The notes under the pieces: generated by a model
What the model saw: the letters and a program-made list of their open reading frames with translations, nothing else
What the model was told of the DNA's origin: nothing
Database searches by the model: none
Shown here: positions 52,589 to 62,049 of the stretch, piece after piece
Numbering within the stretch: position 1 is the first letter of the stretch
Layout: each line of letters starts with the position of its first letter
Position numbers and translations under genes: made by a program
Source of the DNA: an uncultured Bacilli bacterium
GTDB taxonomy: Bacteria; Bacillota_I; Bacilli_A; RF39; UBA660
NCBI GenBank assembly: GCA_944332475.1
Contig: CALVKA010000002.1
Coordinates: 391,147-455,146, forward strand
DNA length: 64,000 bases
Direction of reading: 5' to 3'

Positions 52589-53584
52589 ATGTGGACAAAA
52601 GATATAGGAATAGACTTAGGGACAGCTAATGTTTTGATATATGTTAAAGGTCAAGGAATCGTATTAAATGAACCAAGTATTGTTGCAATAGATACAGACT
52701 CAAAAAGTGTGATTGCTGTAGGTACAGAAGCAAATGAAATGTTAGGCAGAACACCTGGTAAAGTAAAAGCAATAAAGCCAATGAAAGATGGAGTAATTGC
52801 AGATTTTGAAATCACAGAAATTATGTTAAATTCATTTATAAAAAAAATAAAAGCAAAGAAGTTGTTTTCACGACCAAGAATTTTAATATGCTGTCCAACT
52901 AATATAACTCCAGTAGAAAAAAATGCCATTAAAGAAGCTGCTGAAAGAACAGGCGCTAGAAAAGTATACATCGAAGAAGAACCTAAGGTGGCTGCGATTG
53001 GTGCTGGTATGGACATTTCTAAGCCAACGGCAAATATGGTAATTGATATTGGAGGAGGAACAACAGACATAGCAATTCTTTCATTAAATGATATTGTATC
53101 TTCTGCCTCTGTTAGAATTGCAGGAAATGTATTTGATCAAGATATTATTAAATATATCAAAGATAAATACAAGTTATTAATTGGAGAAAGAACAGCAGAA
53201 GATATAAAAATTGAATTTGCTAATATATTTGATCCAAGTAAAAAAGAAAAACTAGAAGTAAGAGGAAGAAACTTAATTACCGGCTTACCTGATACAATAG
53301 AGATTACTCAGGATGAAACCAAAACAGCCCTAGAAGAAAGCTTACAAAAAATAATTAAAGCAACAACCAATGTTTTAGAGCAAACCCCACCAGAGTTATC
53401 AGGTGATATTGTGGAAAAAGGAATTATCTTAACAGGTGGTGGAGCTATGTTAAGAGGACTCCCAGATTTACTAGAAAAAGAGTTGCAAGTTCCTATTTTA
53501 ATTGCAGAATCACCTTTGACATGTGTGGCAGAAGGAACAGGAACATTATTAAACAATATAGCTGTATTAGAAGAAGACCAATAA
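52589..53584 (+). CDS. mreB: Rod-shape-determining actin homologue MreB/Mbl
   Basis: DIGIDLGTANVLIYV phosphate-1 loop and DIGGGTTD phosphate-2. Start at 52589 with RBS AAGGAAGTG. Confidence 0.9.
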   Translation: MWTKDIGIDLGTANVLIYVKGQGIVLNEPSIVAIDTDSKSVIAVGTEANEMLGRTPGKVKAIKPMKDGVIADFEITEIMLNSFIKKIKAKKLFSRPRILICCPTNITPVEKNAIKEAAERTGARKVYIEEEPKVAAIGAGMDISKPTANMVIDIGGGTTDIAILSLNDIVSSASVRIAGNVFDQDIIKYIKDKYKLLIGERTAEDIKIEFANIFDPSKKEKLEVRGRNLITGLPDTIEITQDETKTALEESLQKIIKATTNVLEQTPPELSGDIVEKGIILTGGGAMLRGLPDLLEKELQVPILIAESPLTCVAEGTGTLLNNIAVLEEDQ

Positions 53585-53647
53585 AATTGGTTTTTTTATT
53601 TGCTAAAAAGTAGAATTTTGGTATAATTTTAGTAGGAAGTGACAATA

Positions 53648-54742
53648 ATGAGAGAACAAATCCTAGATGCCAGTAAGATTGTTTTAGTAACTTTTGTATT
53701 TACGGCAATGATTATGCCAATCATAAAAAAAATCGCAATACACGTTGGAGCAATTGATGTACCACGTGCTGATGAAGGACATAGACACATTCATAAAAAA
53801 CCAACTCCAAAATTAGGTGGAGTAGGAATTTTCTTGGGCTTTTTATTCGGGTATATGCTTTTTGGAGAACAAAGCATTAGAATGAATTCAATACTAATAG
53901 GTAGTTTTATCATTGTTTTAACTGGAATCATGGATGATATTAAACCGATTAGAGCCTATCAAAAAATGATAGGACATATAGTCGCAGCATGTATTATTGT
54001 GTTCTATGGACAAATTACTCTAGACAATATTACTGCGTTTGGTTTTTCTTTGGATTTTGGAGCTTTTGCTCCTTGGATAACAATATTTTTTATTGTAGCA
54101 TGCACCAATATAATTAATTTGATTGATGGCTTAGATGGATTAAGTGGAGGAGTATGTTCAATATTTTATTTAACAATCGGAATCATAGGATTTTATCAAG
54201 GTAGAGGTGGAAGCTTAGTTATGGTATTAACCTTTATCATGCTAGGATCAACGTTAGGATTTTTATTACATAATTTTTATCCTGCAAAAATATTTGCTGG
54301 AGACTGTGCAACATTTATGGGATTTATTATATCAATAATTACATTATTGGAATTTAAAGGACCAGCCTTAACATCATTCTTTGTTCCAATTATGATTTTA
54401 GGAATACCTATTTTAGATACACTATTTGCGATTATTAGAAGGTTGCTAAAAGGACAACCTCCATTCCAAGCAGATAAACAACACTTACATCACCAATTAT
54501 TAGGTATGAATTTTTCACAGAGAACAACTGTTCTAATTATATATGGTATAAACCTATTATTTGCAGCAGCATCTATTCTTTATACAATTAAAGATCCGGT
54601 TTTAGGAAAAATAATATATATCATAATATTTATTATTGTATTGTGGTTTGTTCTACATACTACAATTATTTCTGATAAAACTCCAACAAGAACAAAAAAG
54701 ATAGAAGAAAAACTTCCAATATTCAGAAGAAAAAAATCCTAA
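53648..54742 (+). CDS. tagO: Undecaprenyl-phosphate N-acetylglucosaminyl-1-phosphate transferase (TagO/WecA, MraY-like GT4 family)
   Basis: Polytopic membrane protein with DDxxD (IMDDIKP) and NLIDGLDGL motifs. Extended -10 TGGTATAAT at 53619-53627. Terminator at 54750-54775. Confidence 0.7.
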   Translation: MREQILDASKIVLVTFVFTAMIMPIIKKIAIHVGAIDVPRADEGHRHIHKKPTPKLGGVGIFLGFLFGYMLFGEQSIRMNSILIGSFIIVLTGIMDDIKPIRAYQKMIGHIVAACIIVFYGQITLDNITAFGFSLDFGAFAPWITIFFIVACTNIINLIDGLDGLSGGVCSIFYLTIGIIGFYQGRGGSLVMVLTFIMLGSTLGFLLHNFYPAKIFAGDCATFMGFIISIITLLEFKGPALTSFFVPIMILGIPILDTLFAIIRRLLKGQPPFQADKQHLHHQLLGMNFSQRTTVLIIYGINLLFAAASILYTIKDPVLGKIIYIIIFIIVLWFVLHTTIISDKTPTRTKKIEEKLPIFRRKKS

Positions 54743-54824
54743 AACAGAAAACTGCTAGCACTAGCAGTTTTTTCTTTATAATACAATTGGAAAATTTTAC
54801 CAAATCTAAAGAGGAGAGATTAAC

Positions 54825-55556
54825 ATGCTGAACTTTATTATTTGTGAAGATGAACCAGAGCTATTAAAGGAATATAAAAATCAGATTGATAAATTTATGA
54901 TGAAGTATGATATTGAATATACGTGTTATACTTTTGATTGTTATAATGCAAAATGGAAGAAAGTAGCGAAAGAGATAAAAGGCTTTAAAATATTTTTATT
55001 AGATATTAGAACAGAAAAAGGTTCAGGTATAGATGCAGCTAGAATGATAAGAGAAGAATTTGATGATTGGGTATCTATGATAATTATGATATCAGGTTAT
55101 GCAGAGTATAAGTATGAAGCACTAGGAAAAAGATTGATGCTAGTAGATTTTATAAACAAGCTAGATCACTCTGAACAAAAACTACAAGATGCACTATTAA
55201 TTTGTATGAAACACTATGATAATAAATATAAATGTTTAAGATATACATATAAAAATGTAGCCTATAACATCGAGTTTAGAAGCATTATTAAAATAGAAAA
55301 AGAAATGGACAGTAAAAGATGTTTGATAACGACTGAAGAAGGAGAATATCCAATTCAAGGCACATTAAACGAAATATTAAAGAAATTAGATAAAAGATTC
55401 TTTAAATGTAATAGAGCAGTAGCAATTAATATTGAACAAGTACAAAGTTACAATTTTACAAAGAATGTAATAAAATTTAAAAACGGTGAAGAATTCAAAG
55501 AAACTTCAAGGAGTAAAAAGAGGGAGATGTTTAATCATGTTAGAGGTGTTTGTTAA
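54825..55556 (+). CDS. agrA: LytTR-family response regulator (AgrA-like)
   Basis: Receiver domain (ICEDEP...FLLDIRT...) plus a C-terminal LytTR DNA-binding domain (FFKCNRAVAINIEQV). RBS AAAGAGGAG. Confidence 0.8.
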   Translation: MLNFIICEDEPELLKEYKNQIDKFMMKYDIEYTCYTFDCYNAKWKKVAKEIKGFKIFLLDIRTEKGSGIDAARMIREEFDDWVSMIIMISGYAEYKYEALGKRLMLVDFINKLDHSEQKLQDALLICMKHYDNKYKCLRYTYKNVAYNIEFRSIIKIEKEMDSKRCLITTEEGEYPIQGTLNEILKKLDKRFFKCNRAVAINIEQVQSYNFTKNVIKFKNGEEFKETSRSKKREMFNHVRGVC

Positions 55557-56841
55557 TTTTATTAATTGCTTTTTAATGTCATTAGTCGGATTTTATATTA
55601 TAAAAATTTTAACGAAATCAGAAGTTAAAATATATGAATTTAAAGTTATTGGATGGTTATTATTAGATACAATCATTCCTACATATTTGCAAGCTAATAT
55701 TTATGTTGAAATAAAACCGCTGATAATATATTGTATAAATATATTAGCTTATAAACAAATATTCGATTTGCATATTGATGATGCGATTATAGTTGCTGGA
55801 ATAGCAATGTTGTTAAATTTGATAGGTGATATACTGATTTCTATTGTAATGAACATTTTATTTACAAACGATATAGAATTAATTAGTAACGTAGTAGCAA
55901 GTTTTCTAAAAAATACAATAGTTTCAGTTCTTGCATTATTATTAATAAATATTAAAAAAATAAAAGAAAAATTATGTGATTTCTATAATAATATAAAAAA
56001 CAAGAAGAAAGTATCAACTGTTGTGTTTTTTTCACTAACAATTATTATCTTCTGTATTCTTGGGTTCCACATATATGTATCGTCACATTTTGATATTTCT
56101 TATTTAACAGCAATACTAACAATAGCAATATTATGGACATTAATAATTATTTTTATAAATAGTAGGAATAAATATAATTATTTGATAAAAGAATATGATA
56201 CATTATTTTCATACGTTCAAAACTTTGAAGATTGGATAGAGCAAGAACAATTAAACCGACATGAGTATAAGAATCAATTAGCTGTACTACGCTGTCTTAC
56301 GAAAGAAAAGAAGGTGAAGGATAAAATTGATGAGATATTGGAAGACAATATCAACATTGAAGGTCAAGCAGTCACCAACCTAAAGAACCTTCCTAAAGGT
56401 GGAATTAGAGGTTTAATGTATTATAAGGCAGCCATTGCTCAAAAACATAAAATAAATTTGACAACAGATGTCAGTATAGAAGCAAAAGGTATTTTATCAA
56501 AATTATCAGAAAAAGATATAAGAATTCTTTGTAAGTTAATTGGAATTTATTTTGATAATGCAATTGAAGCTGCAGCTGAAAGTAGAAAAAAGAATTTAAC
56601 AATCGAAATATATGAACTAAAAGATAAAGTGAGTTTTGTCTTTTCTAACACATTTAAACGTCATAAAAATATGAAAGATAGAAATAAAAAAGGAGTTTCA
56701 TCTAAAGGAGAAGGTAGAGGGAATGGATTATATTTTGCTTCTAAATTAATAAAAGACAATCCATGGCTAGAAGAAAAGCAAGAAATTATTGATGGTTATT
56801 ATATTGAACAATTGACAATAAAAAAGAATATCAATAAATGA
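55537..56841 (+). CDS. agrC: AgrC-like GHKL sensor histidine kinase (HPK10 family)
   Basis: Six to seven N-terminal TM helices. H-box RHEYKNQL (cf. AgrC HDYKNH). N-box and G2 box KGEGRGNGLYFASKL. ATG 55537 with RBS AAGAGGGAG overlaps the regulator's 3' end. Confidence 0.8.
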   Translation: MLEVFVNFINCFLMSLVGFYIIKILTKSEVKIYEFKVIGWLLLDTIIPTYLQANIYVEIKPLIIYCINILAYKQIFDLHIDDAIIVAGIAMLLNLIGDILISIVMNILFTNDIELISNVVASFLKNTIVSVLALLLINIKKIKEKLCDFYNNIKNKKKVSTVVFFSLTIIIFCILGFHIYVSSHFDISYLTAILTIAILWTLIIIFINSRNKYNYLIKEYDTLFSYVQNFEDWIEQEQLNRHEYKNQLAVLRCLTKEKKVKDKIDEILEDNINIEGQAVTNLKNLPKGGIRGLMYYKAAIAQKHKINLTTDVSIEAKGILSKLSEKDIRILCKLIGIYFDNAIEAAAESRKKNLTIEIYELKDKVSFVFSNTFKRHKNMKDRNKKGVSSKGEGRGNGLYFASKLIKDNPWLEEKQEIIDGYYIEQLTIKKNINK

Positions 56842-56850
56842 TATTCTTTT

Positions 56851-56973
56851 TTAATCTTGAAATACATCAATTGAATCTGGTTCATCATTAAACCACCATG
56901 CACACCCTAAACTTGCTGCCCCTGTTGCCAACATGGCTACTGCAGCCAATAACATAGATAATCTTTTTTTCAT
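56851..56973 (-). CDS. agrD: AgrD-like autoinducing-peptide precursor (40 aa), not in the ORF track
   Basis: Codon-by-codon translation gives MKKRLSMLLAAVAMLATGAASLGCAWWFNDEPDSIDVFQD. It has an amphipathic/hydrophobic leader, a Cys plus four hydrophobic residues (CAWWF, cf. C. perfringens CLWFT and S. aureus CDFIM), then an acidic proline-containing tail. RBS AAAGGAG lies 8 nt upstream. The gene sits immediately downstream of agrB. Confidence 0.6.
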   Translation of the reverse strand: MKKRLSMLLAAVAMLATGAASLGCAWWFNDEPDSIDVFQD

Positions 56974-57005
56974 ACTACGCTCCTTTACCAAAAATATATT
57001 AAATA

Positions 57006-57608
57006 CTATTTTGTAGTATTTAACCTTTTATAATTGTTATATGGTTGCCCAAATAACGTATAAGTAAGTGGACTAACAATAATTGCCTGAACAATTAATG
57101 CTGACAAAATAATCGCCGTCCAATATTCTTGATGTAATAGTACAATTGTTAATGTATAGATAAAACCAATCGTAACCGTAAGAATTTTACGAATGATTCT
57201 CTTTCTTTTGTTTGAAAGAGGTCTTTTTTTTGTATCTGCAGGTGCAAATAGTAAATAATGGGTAATACAAATTGCACAGATGACATATACAATAAAATTA
57301 GGTAGGTGTATATGTAACAATAAATATGGTATTGCAATAAAATTAAAAATTGAAAAGATCAAACATTGATAACTTTTCTCTGCATGAAAGCCAAATCCCG
57401 TATATCGAATAATATTAAATAAAATTGTTACAATAACGAATTCAAATAACATATTCAAAATAATTGCTAGAATGAGTAGTATAACCAACTTTGTTATGGT
57501 AAGGTATATTCCCTCTAAGCCATAATTTAATTTTTTCTTGTCGTAGTCAGAAAAGGATTGGTATTTACAGATAAGGTCCATGCAACGATTTAAAAATAAT
57601 TGTTTCAT
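57006..57608 (-). CDS. agrB: AgrB-family pro-peptide processing membrane endopeptidase
   Basis: Conserved catalytic His/Cys region (RYTGFGFHAEKSYQC, cf. RRHAHGAHAPSSFWC) and the APADTKKRP loop (cf. APAATKKKP). Four to five TM helices. First ATG at 57608; the track start 57632 is a TTG. Confidence 0.8.
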   Translation of the reverse strand: MKQLFLNRCMDLICKYQSFSDYDKKKLNYGLEGIYLTITKLVILLILAIILNMLFEFVIVTILFNIIRYTGFGFHAEKSYQCLIFSIFNFIAIPYLLLHIHLPNFIVYVICAICITHYLLFAPADTKKRPLSNKRKRIIRKILTVTIGFIYTLTIVLLHQEYWTAIILSALIVQAIIVSPLTYTLFGQPYNNYKRLNTTK

Positions 57609-57690
57609 ATACAACCACCAAACCTCAATCAATCTTATTATATAACTATAATAAGATTAAAAACAAAAAAATCAATCAAATAATTAATTG

Positions 57691-57780
57691 AAAATAAATT
57701 TTGTCGAATTTTGTCGAAAAAAGAAGAATACAAACCATCAAAGTAACTACCAATAGCAATTAACGGAATTTTTGTCGTTG
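57691..57780. promoter_or_regulatory. agrBD upstream region with tandem 10-bp repeat TTTTGTCGAA x2 plus a third TTTTTGTCG copy
   Basis: 57699-57708 and 57709-57718 are identical. 57769-57777 is a degenerate copy. An A4-N5-T4 AT-box (aaaataaatttt) lies at 57691-57702. The same TTTTGTCGAAAAAA string occurs at 4879-4892 upstream of the comK-like gene. Confidence 0.4.
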
Positions 57781-57854
57781 GGTTGGCAAAAATTGGTATG
57801 ATGTAATCACCAAGGAGATAAACGATGCTGTTGGTAGAAATGAGGTGCAAGAAC

Positions 57855-58076
57855 ATGATGGTTGGACGCGTAAAATGGTTCAACAATGATAAAGGCTATG
57901 GCTTTATTGAATACAAAGAAAATGAAGATGTATTCGTACACTATTCAGCAATAGAATTAGAAGGTTATAAGACTTTATCTGAAGGACAACTAGTAGAATT
58001 TAAATTGGTTGAAACAAGCAAGGGATACCAAGCTTTAAATGTAAAATTAGTTAAAGAAACTGCTAATGCTAAATAG
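57855..58076 (+). CDS. csp: Cold-shock protein (CspA family)
   Basis: [19 protein letters not shown] with RNP1/RNP2 motifs. Start 57855 with RBS GAGGTG; the track's upstream extension is spurious. Confidence 0.85.
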   Translation: MMVGRVKWFNNDKGYGFIEYKENEDVFVHYSAIELEGYKTLSEGQLVEFKLVETSKGYQALNVKLVKETANAK

Positions 58077-58127
58077 TAGTTTTTTTTTCTAAATTATGCT
58101 ATACTCTAAGTATAAGGAGGTGATAGT

Positions 58128-58658
58128 ATGGAAATTATTATTCATGGAGATAAACTTAAAATTACTGATTCTATGAAAGGCTATATTGAAGAGAAGCTAG
58201 ATAAGTTAAATAAGTACCTAGAAGATAGCGAAAATGTTCGCGCAACCGTCATAGTAAAAGTAAAAAATCATGAACAACGAGTAGAAATTACCATACCACT
58301 AAAAGCATTTATTTTAAGATCAGAAGAGTCAAAAGATGACTTCTATGCAGCTGTCGATAAAACTATCGATAAGCTAGAAAGACAGATAAGAAAGAACAAA
58401 ACACGTATTATGTCAAAACAAGTGAAAACAAATCGTGACTTTGTAGTATCTGCTTTCTCAGATGAGGATTCATCTGATGATAAAAAAATCTTAAAGAGAA
58501 AGAAAGTTGAAGTAAAACCAATGAACGAAGAAGAGGCAATACTTCAAATGGAGCTCTTAGGTCACCAGTTCTATATGTATAAGGATAGTGAGACAAATCA
58601 AGTTGCAGTTGTTTATAAAAGAACAGATGGCAACTATGGTGTAATCGAATCCGAATAG
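58128..58658 (+). CDS. hpf: Ribosome hibernation promoting factor (long HPF / YvyD)
   Basis: N-terminal S30AE domain and a C-terminal dimerisation domain (VVYKRTDGNYGVIE). Canonical position upstream of secA. Terminator at 58668-58700. Confidence 0.85.
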   Translation: MEIIIHGDKLKITDSMKGYIEEKLDKLNKYLEDSENVRATVIVKVKNHEQRVEITIPLKAFILRSEESKDDFYAAVDKTIDKLERQIRKNKTRIMSKQVKTNRDFVVSAFSDEDSSDDKKILKRKKVEVKPMNEEEAILQMELLGHQFYMYKDSETNQVAVVYKRTDGNYGVIESE

Positions 58659-58730
58659 TAAGAAAATGGAAGAATAACCTTTTATTCTTCCTCTTTTTTT
58701 GGTAGAATAATTAGTTAAGGAGATGTTAGA

Positions 58731-61229
58731 ATGAAATTATTAAGAAAATTGTTTGACCACGAATATAAAGAGCTAAAAAGATTTGCAGTTCTAGCGGATA
58801 AAATCATGGACTTAGATGAAGAATATTCTAAGTTAACAGATACAGAATTAAAAGGTAAAACGGAAGAATTTAAAGAAAGATTACAAAATGGAGAAACTTT
58901 AGAAGATATATTAGTAGAAGCTTTTGCAACTGCAAGAGAAGCCTCTTACCGTGTATTAGGAGAAAAACATTTTTATGTACAAATTTTAGGTGGTCTTGCT
59001 ATTCATTATGGTAATATAGCTGAAATGAAAACAGGTGAAGGAAAAACCTTAACTTGTGTACTTCCTGGTTATCTAAATGCCTTAACAGGAGAAGGAGTAC
59101 ATGTTATCACAGTTAACGAATATTTAGCAGGACGTGATGCACAGTGGATGGGAGATATTTATCGTTTTCTTGGTTTGACCGTAGGAGTTAATACAAGAGA
59201 TTTAAGTCCCAAAGAAAAACAAGAAGCATATAATTGTGATATTTTATATTCTACAAATAATGAAATTGGATTTGACTATTTAAGAGACAATATGGTAATT
59301 AGAAAAGAAAATAGAGTACAAAGACCATTAAATTTTGCAATTATCGATGAGGTTGACTCTGTTTTAATTGACGAAGCAAGAACACCATTGATTATATCTG
59401 GTGGACAAATGAATAGTGCTAACCTATATTTAGATGCAGATCATTTTGCTAAAGGATTAAAAAATGAAGATGATTATGTTTACGACGAAAAAACAAAAGC
59501 AGTTACATTAACTGAAAAAGGTGTAGAAAAAGCAGAAAAATCATTTCATATTAAAAATTTATATGATATTGAAAATGGCTCTTTAGTACATTATATTAAT
59601 CAAGCATTGCGTGCTAACTATGCTATGAAAAAAGATGTGGATTATGTTGTACAAGAGGATGAAATCGTAATTGTTGACCAATTTACTGGACGTTTAATGA
59701 AAGGTCGTGCTTACTCTGATGGACTTCATCAAGCAATTGAAGCAAAAGAAGGAGTAACGATTAATCAAGAAACTAAGACTTTAGCAACTATTACATTCCA
59801 AAACTTATTCAGAATGTATAAAAAATTATCAGGTATGACTGGTACGGCTAAAACTGAAGAAGAAGAGTTTAGAAATATTTATAATATGTACGTTATTGAA
59901 ATACCTACCAACAAACCAATTGTTCGTGTAGATGCTCCGGATTTAGTTTATGCTACAAAAGAGGCAAAATACAAAGCAATTATTAACTTTGTAAAAGAAC
60001 GCTATGAAAAAGGACAACCAGTATTAATCGGTACGATTGCTATTGAAACCAGTGAATTAATCAGCGATTTATTGAAGAAAGCACACATTCCCCACGAAGT
60101 GTTAAATGCTAAAAATCATGCTCGTGAAGCTGAAATAATTTCAAAAATTGGACAAAAAAGATCAGTAACCATCGCAACAAACATGGCTGGTCGTGGTACC
60201 GATATTAAACTATCAGATGATATTAGAAAATTAGGAGGACTTTGTGTTGTTGGTACAGAACGTCATGAGTCTCGTCGTATTGATAATCAGTTACGTGGTC
60301 GTTCTGGACGTCAGGGAGACCCAGGTTATACACAATTCTTCGTATCTATGAAAGATGACTTAATGGTACGTTTCGGATCTGATAGAATTGGTGAAATGAT
60401 GAAAACAATGGGACTTGGCGATCAAGCTATTCAAAGTAAGACATTCACCAAATCTATTGGTACTGCTCAAAAACGTGTAGAAGGAAATAACTTTGATATT
60501 CGTAAACAATTACTACAATATGATGATGTTATGAATGATCAAAGAGAAATCATGTATGCGAAACGTAATAGAATTCTAGATAGTGAATCTATTCATGAAA
60601 TGGTTCTAGACACTTTCCGTCATCATATGGAAGATTTAGTAAAATCTCATTTAGCTCCAGAAGGTGCCTTAGGAAAAAAAGACTATGAAGAAATAACAGA
60701 ATATGTAAACGAAAACTTGTTAAAAAATGATATCAAGTTATCTGATATAGAAAACTTATCTGATGAAGAAGTAATTGATATTTTAGTAAAGAAAATTACA
60801 GAAGAATATGAGGCTAAAATAAAAGAAATTCCACAAGAAGTAACAGATGAATTTGAAAAAGCAATCACACTACAAGTAGTAGATAATTATTGGATGGAAC
60901 ATATCAATACTATGTCACACTTAAGAGAAGGAATTCATTTAAGAGGTTATGCTCAAGAAGACCCACTTCGTGCTTATACCATGGAAGGTTATGACATGTT
61001 CGATGAAATGTTACAAAAAATTGATAGAGATGTAACAACCTTCTTACTAAGAGCAGAAATAAGACAAAACATTGAACGTAAAGAAGTGGTGAAAAAGAAA
61101 GTTACTAATGAAGGTGGTAAAGAACCTGCCAAAAAACAACCAAAGAGAGTAAAGAAAATTGGTAGAAATGAGCCATGTCCATGCGGCTCAGGAAAGAAAT
61201 ATAAGAATTGTTGCGGAAAGAACGCATAA
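58731..61229 (+). CDS. secA: Preprotein translocase ATPase SecA
   Basis: DEAD-motor Walker A (MKTGEGKT) and Walker B. C-terminal zinc finger CPCGSGKKYKNCCG. 832 aa. Confidence 0.95.
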   Translation: MKLLRKLFDHEYKELKRFAVLADKIMDLDEEYSKLTDTELKGKTEEFKERLQNGETLEDILVEAFATAREASYRVLGEKHFYVQILGGLAIHYGNIAEMKTGEGKTLTCVLPGYLNALTGEGVHVITVNEYLAGRDAQWMGDIYRFLGLTVGVNTRDLSPKEKQEAYNCDILYSTNNEIGFDYLRDNMVIRKENRVQRPLNFAIIDEVDSVLIDEARTPLIISGGQMNSANLYLDADHFAKGLKNEDDYVYDEKTKAVTLTEKGVEKAEKSFHIKNLYDIENGSLVHYINQALRANYAMKKDVDYVVQEDEIVIVDQFTGRLMKGRAYSDGLHQAIEAKEGVTINQETKTLATITFQNLFRMYKKLSGMTGTAKTEEEEFRNIYNMYVIEIPTNKPIVRVDAPDLVYATKEAKYKAIINFVKERYEKGQPVLIGTIAIETSELISDLLKKAHIPHEVLNAKNHAREAEIISKIGQKRSVTIATNMAGRGTDIKLSDDIRKLGGLCVVGTERHESRRIDNQLRGRSGRQGDPGYTQFFVSMKDDLMVRFGSDRIGEMMKTMGLGDQAIQSKTFTKSIGTAQKRVEGNNFDIRKQLLQYDDVMNDQREIMYAKRNRILDSESIHEMVLDTFRHHMEDLVKSHLAPEGALGKKDYEEITEYVNENLLKNDIKLSDIENLSDEEVIDILVKKITEEYEAKIKEIPQEVTDEFEKAITLQVVDNYWMEHINTMSHLREGIHLRGYAQEDPLRAYTMEGYDMFDEMLQKIDRDVTTFLLRAEIRQNIERKEVVKKKVTNEGGKEPAKKQPKRVKKIGRNEPCPCGSGKKYKNCCGKNA

Positions 61230-61443
61230 AATAAGGGCTTAGCGAGGATTTTAAAAATTAAAAAATTACAAAAAACAGTCAATTTGTTTCCATTTTGTTT
61301 CCAAAATTAGGAAAGATGTTACCAAAATCTCGGAAATCCCTTATAAAATAAGGAAAAATTTTTTGGAAACAAAAAAGTTAGGATTCATTTTATCTAGCAA
61401 GAGTGAAATTGAAACACAAAACATATGTGGTGGTGAATATAAA

Positions 61444-62031
61444 ATGGAAAAATTTTATTTGGAAATGCCTTCACTGGAAAGAAAAAATCAAATTATAGAT
61501 TATGTGAATGAATTTGCACTTTATAACTCTGAAACAAATGGTATGGGATCGTTAAGAAAAATATTAGAAGGATACACGTTTGAACAGGCATTAGAAATGT
61601 GTCTCAGGATGCAAGATGAAGAGTATGCTAAAAAATTAGGAAGATGTCAGTCTAAAACGTTTTTATTGATTAGCGAAAATGATGATAGAATCATCGGTGC
61701 CATCAATGTTCGATGGAATTTACCAGAAAGTATGAAACAATTCGGTGGCAATATTGGGTATGGTATTCGTCCGACCGAAAGAAGAAAAGGATATAATAAG
61801 ATAAATTTATATTTAGGTTTAATTGAAGCACAAAAATTGGGATTAAACTTAGTGATGTTAGATTGCGATGTAAATAATCTAGGATCTGTTAAAACCATGC
61901 AAGCTTTAGATGGCAAATTAGAAAGAACAGAGGTGGATCCATCCGATGGAATCCTGACTAGTGTATATTGGTTTGATGTGAATGAAACAATTGATAAGTA
62001 TCAAAATGTATTCAAAAAATGTATAAAATAA
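61444..62031 (+). CDS. GNAT-like acetyltransferase (putative); start at MEKFYLEM
   Basis: IIGAINVRWNL...GNIGYGIRPTERRKGYNKINL resembles GNAT motifs A/B. RBS GGTGGTGA 8 nt before ATG 61444. The track ORF begins at a TTG (61363) with no RBS. Confidence 0.4.
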   Translation: MEKFYLEMPSLERKNQIIDYVNEFALYNSETNGMGSLRKILEGYTFEQALEMCLRMQDEEYAKKLGRCQSKTFLLISENDDRIIGAINVRWNLPESMKQFGGNIGYGIRPTERRKGYNKINLYLGLIEAQKLGLNLVMLDCDVNNLGSVKTMQALDGKLERTEVDPSDGILTSVYWFDVNETIDKYQNVFKKCIK

Positions 62032-62049
62032 AAAAATGACTAAGAAAGA

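Noticed and set aside
56851-56973. Alternative reading of the AgrD-like ORF as a tiny lipoprotein (signal peptide ...ASLG/C)
   Set aside because: The -3 to -1 residues (S-L-G) do not fit the L-[AS]-[GA]-C lipobox. The mature product would be 16 aa. The ORF sits in the canonical position downstream of agrB, with the Cys plus four residues plus acidic-tail layout of AgrD. This is retained as a caveat in the finding.
57638-57886. 82-aa minus-strand track ORF across the agrB promoter region and csp start
   Set aside because: It spans the repeat-containing regulatory region and overlaps the csp RBS and start. It has no RBS and an AT-rich hydrophobic translation.
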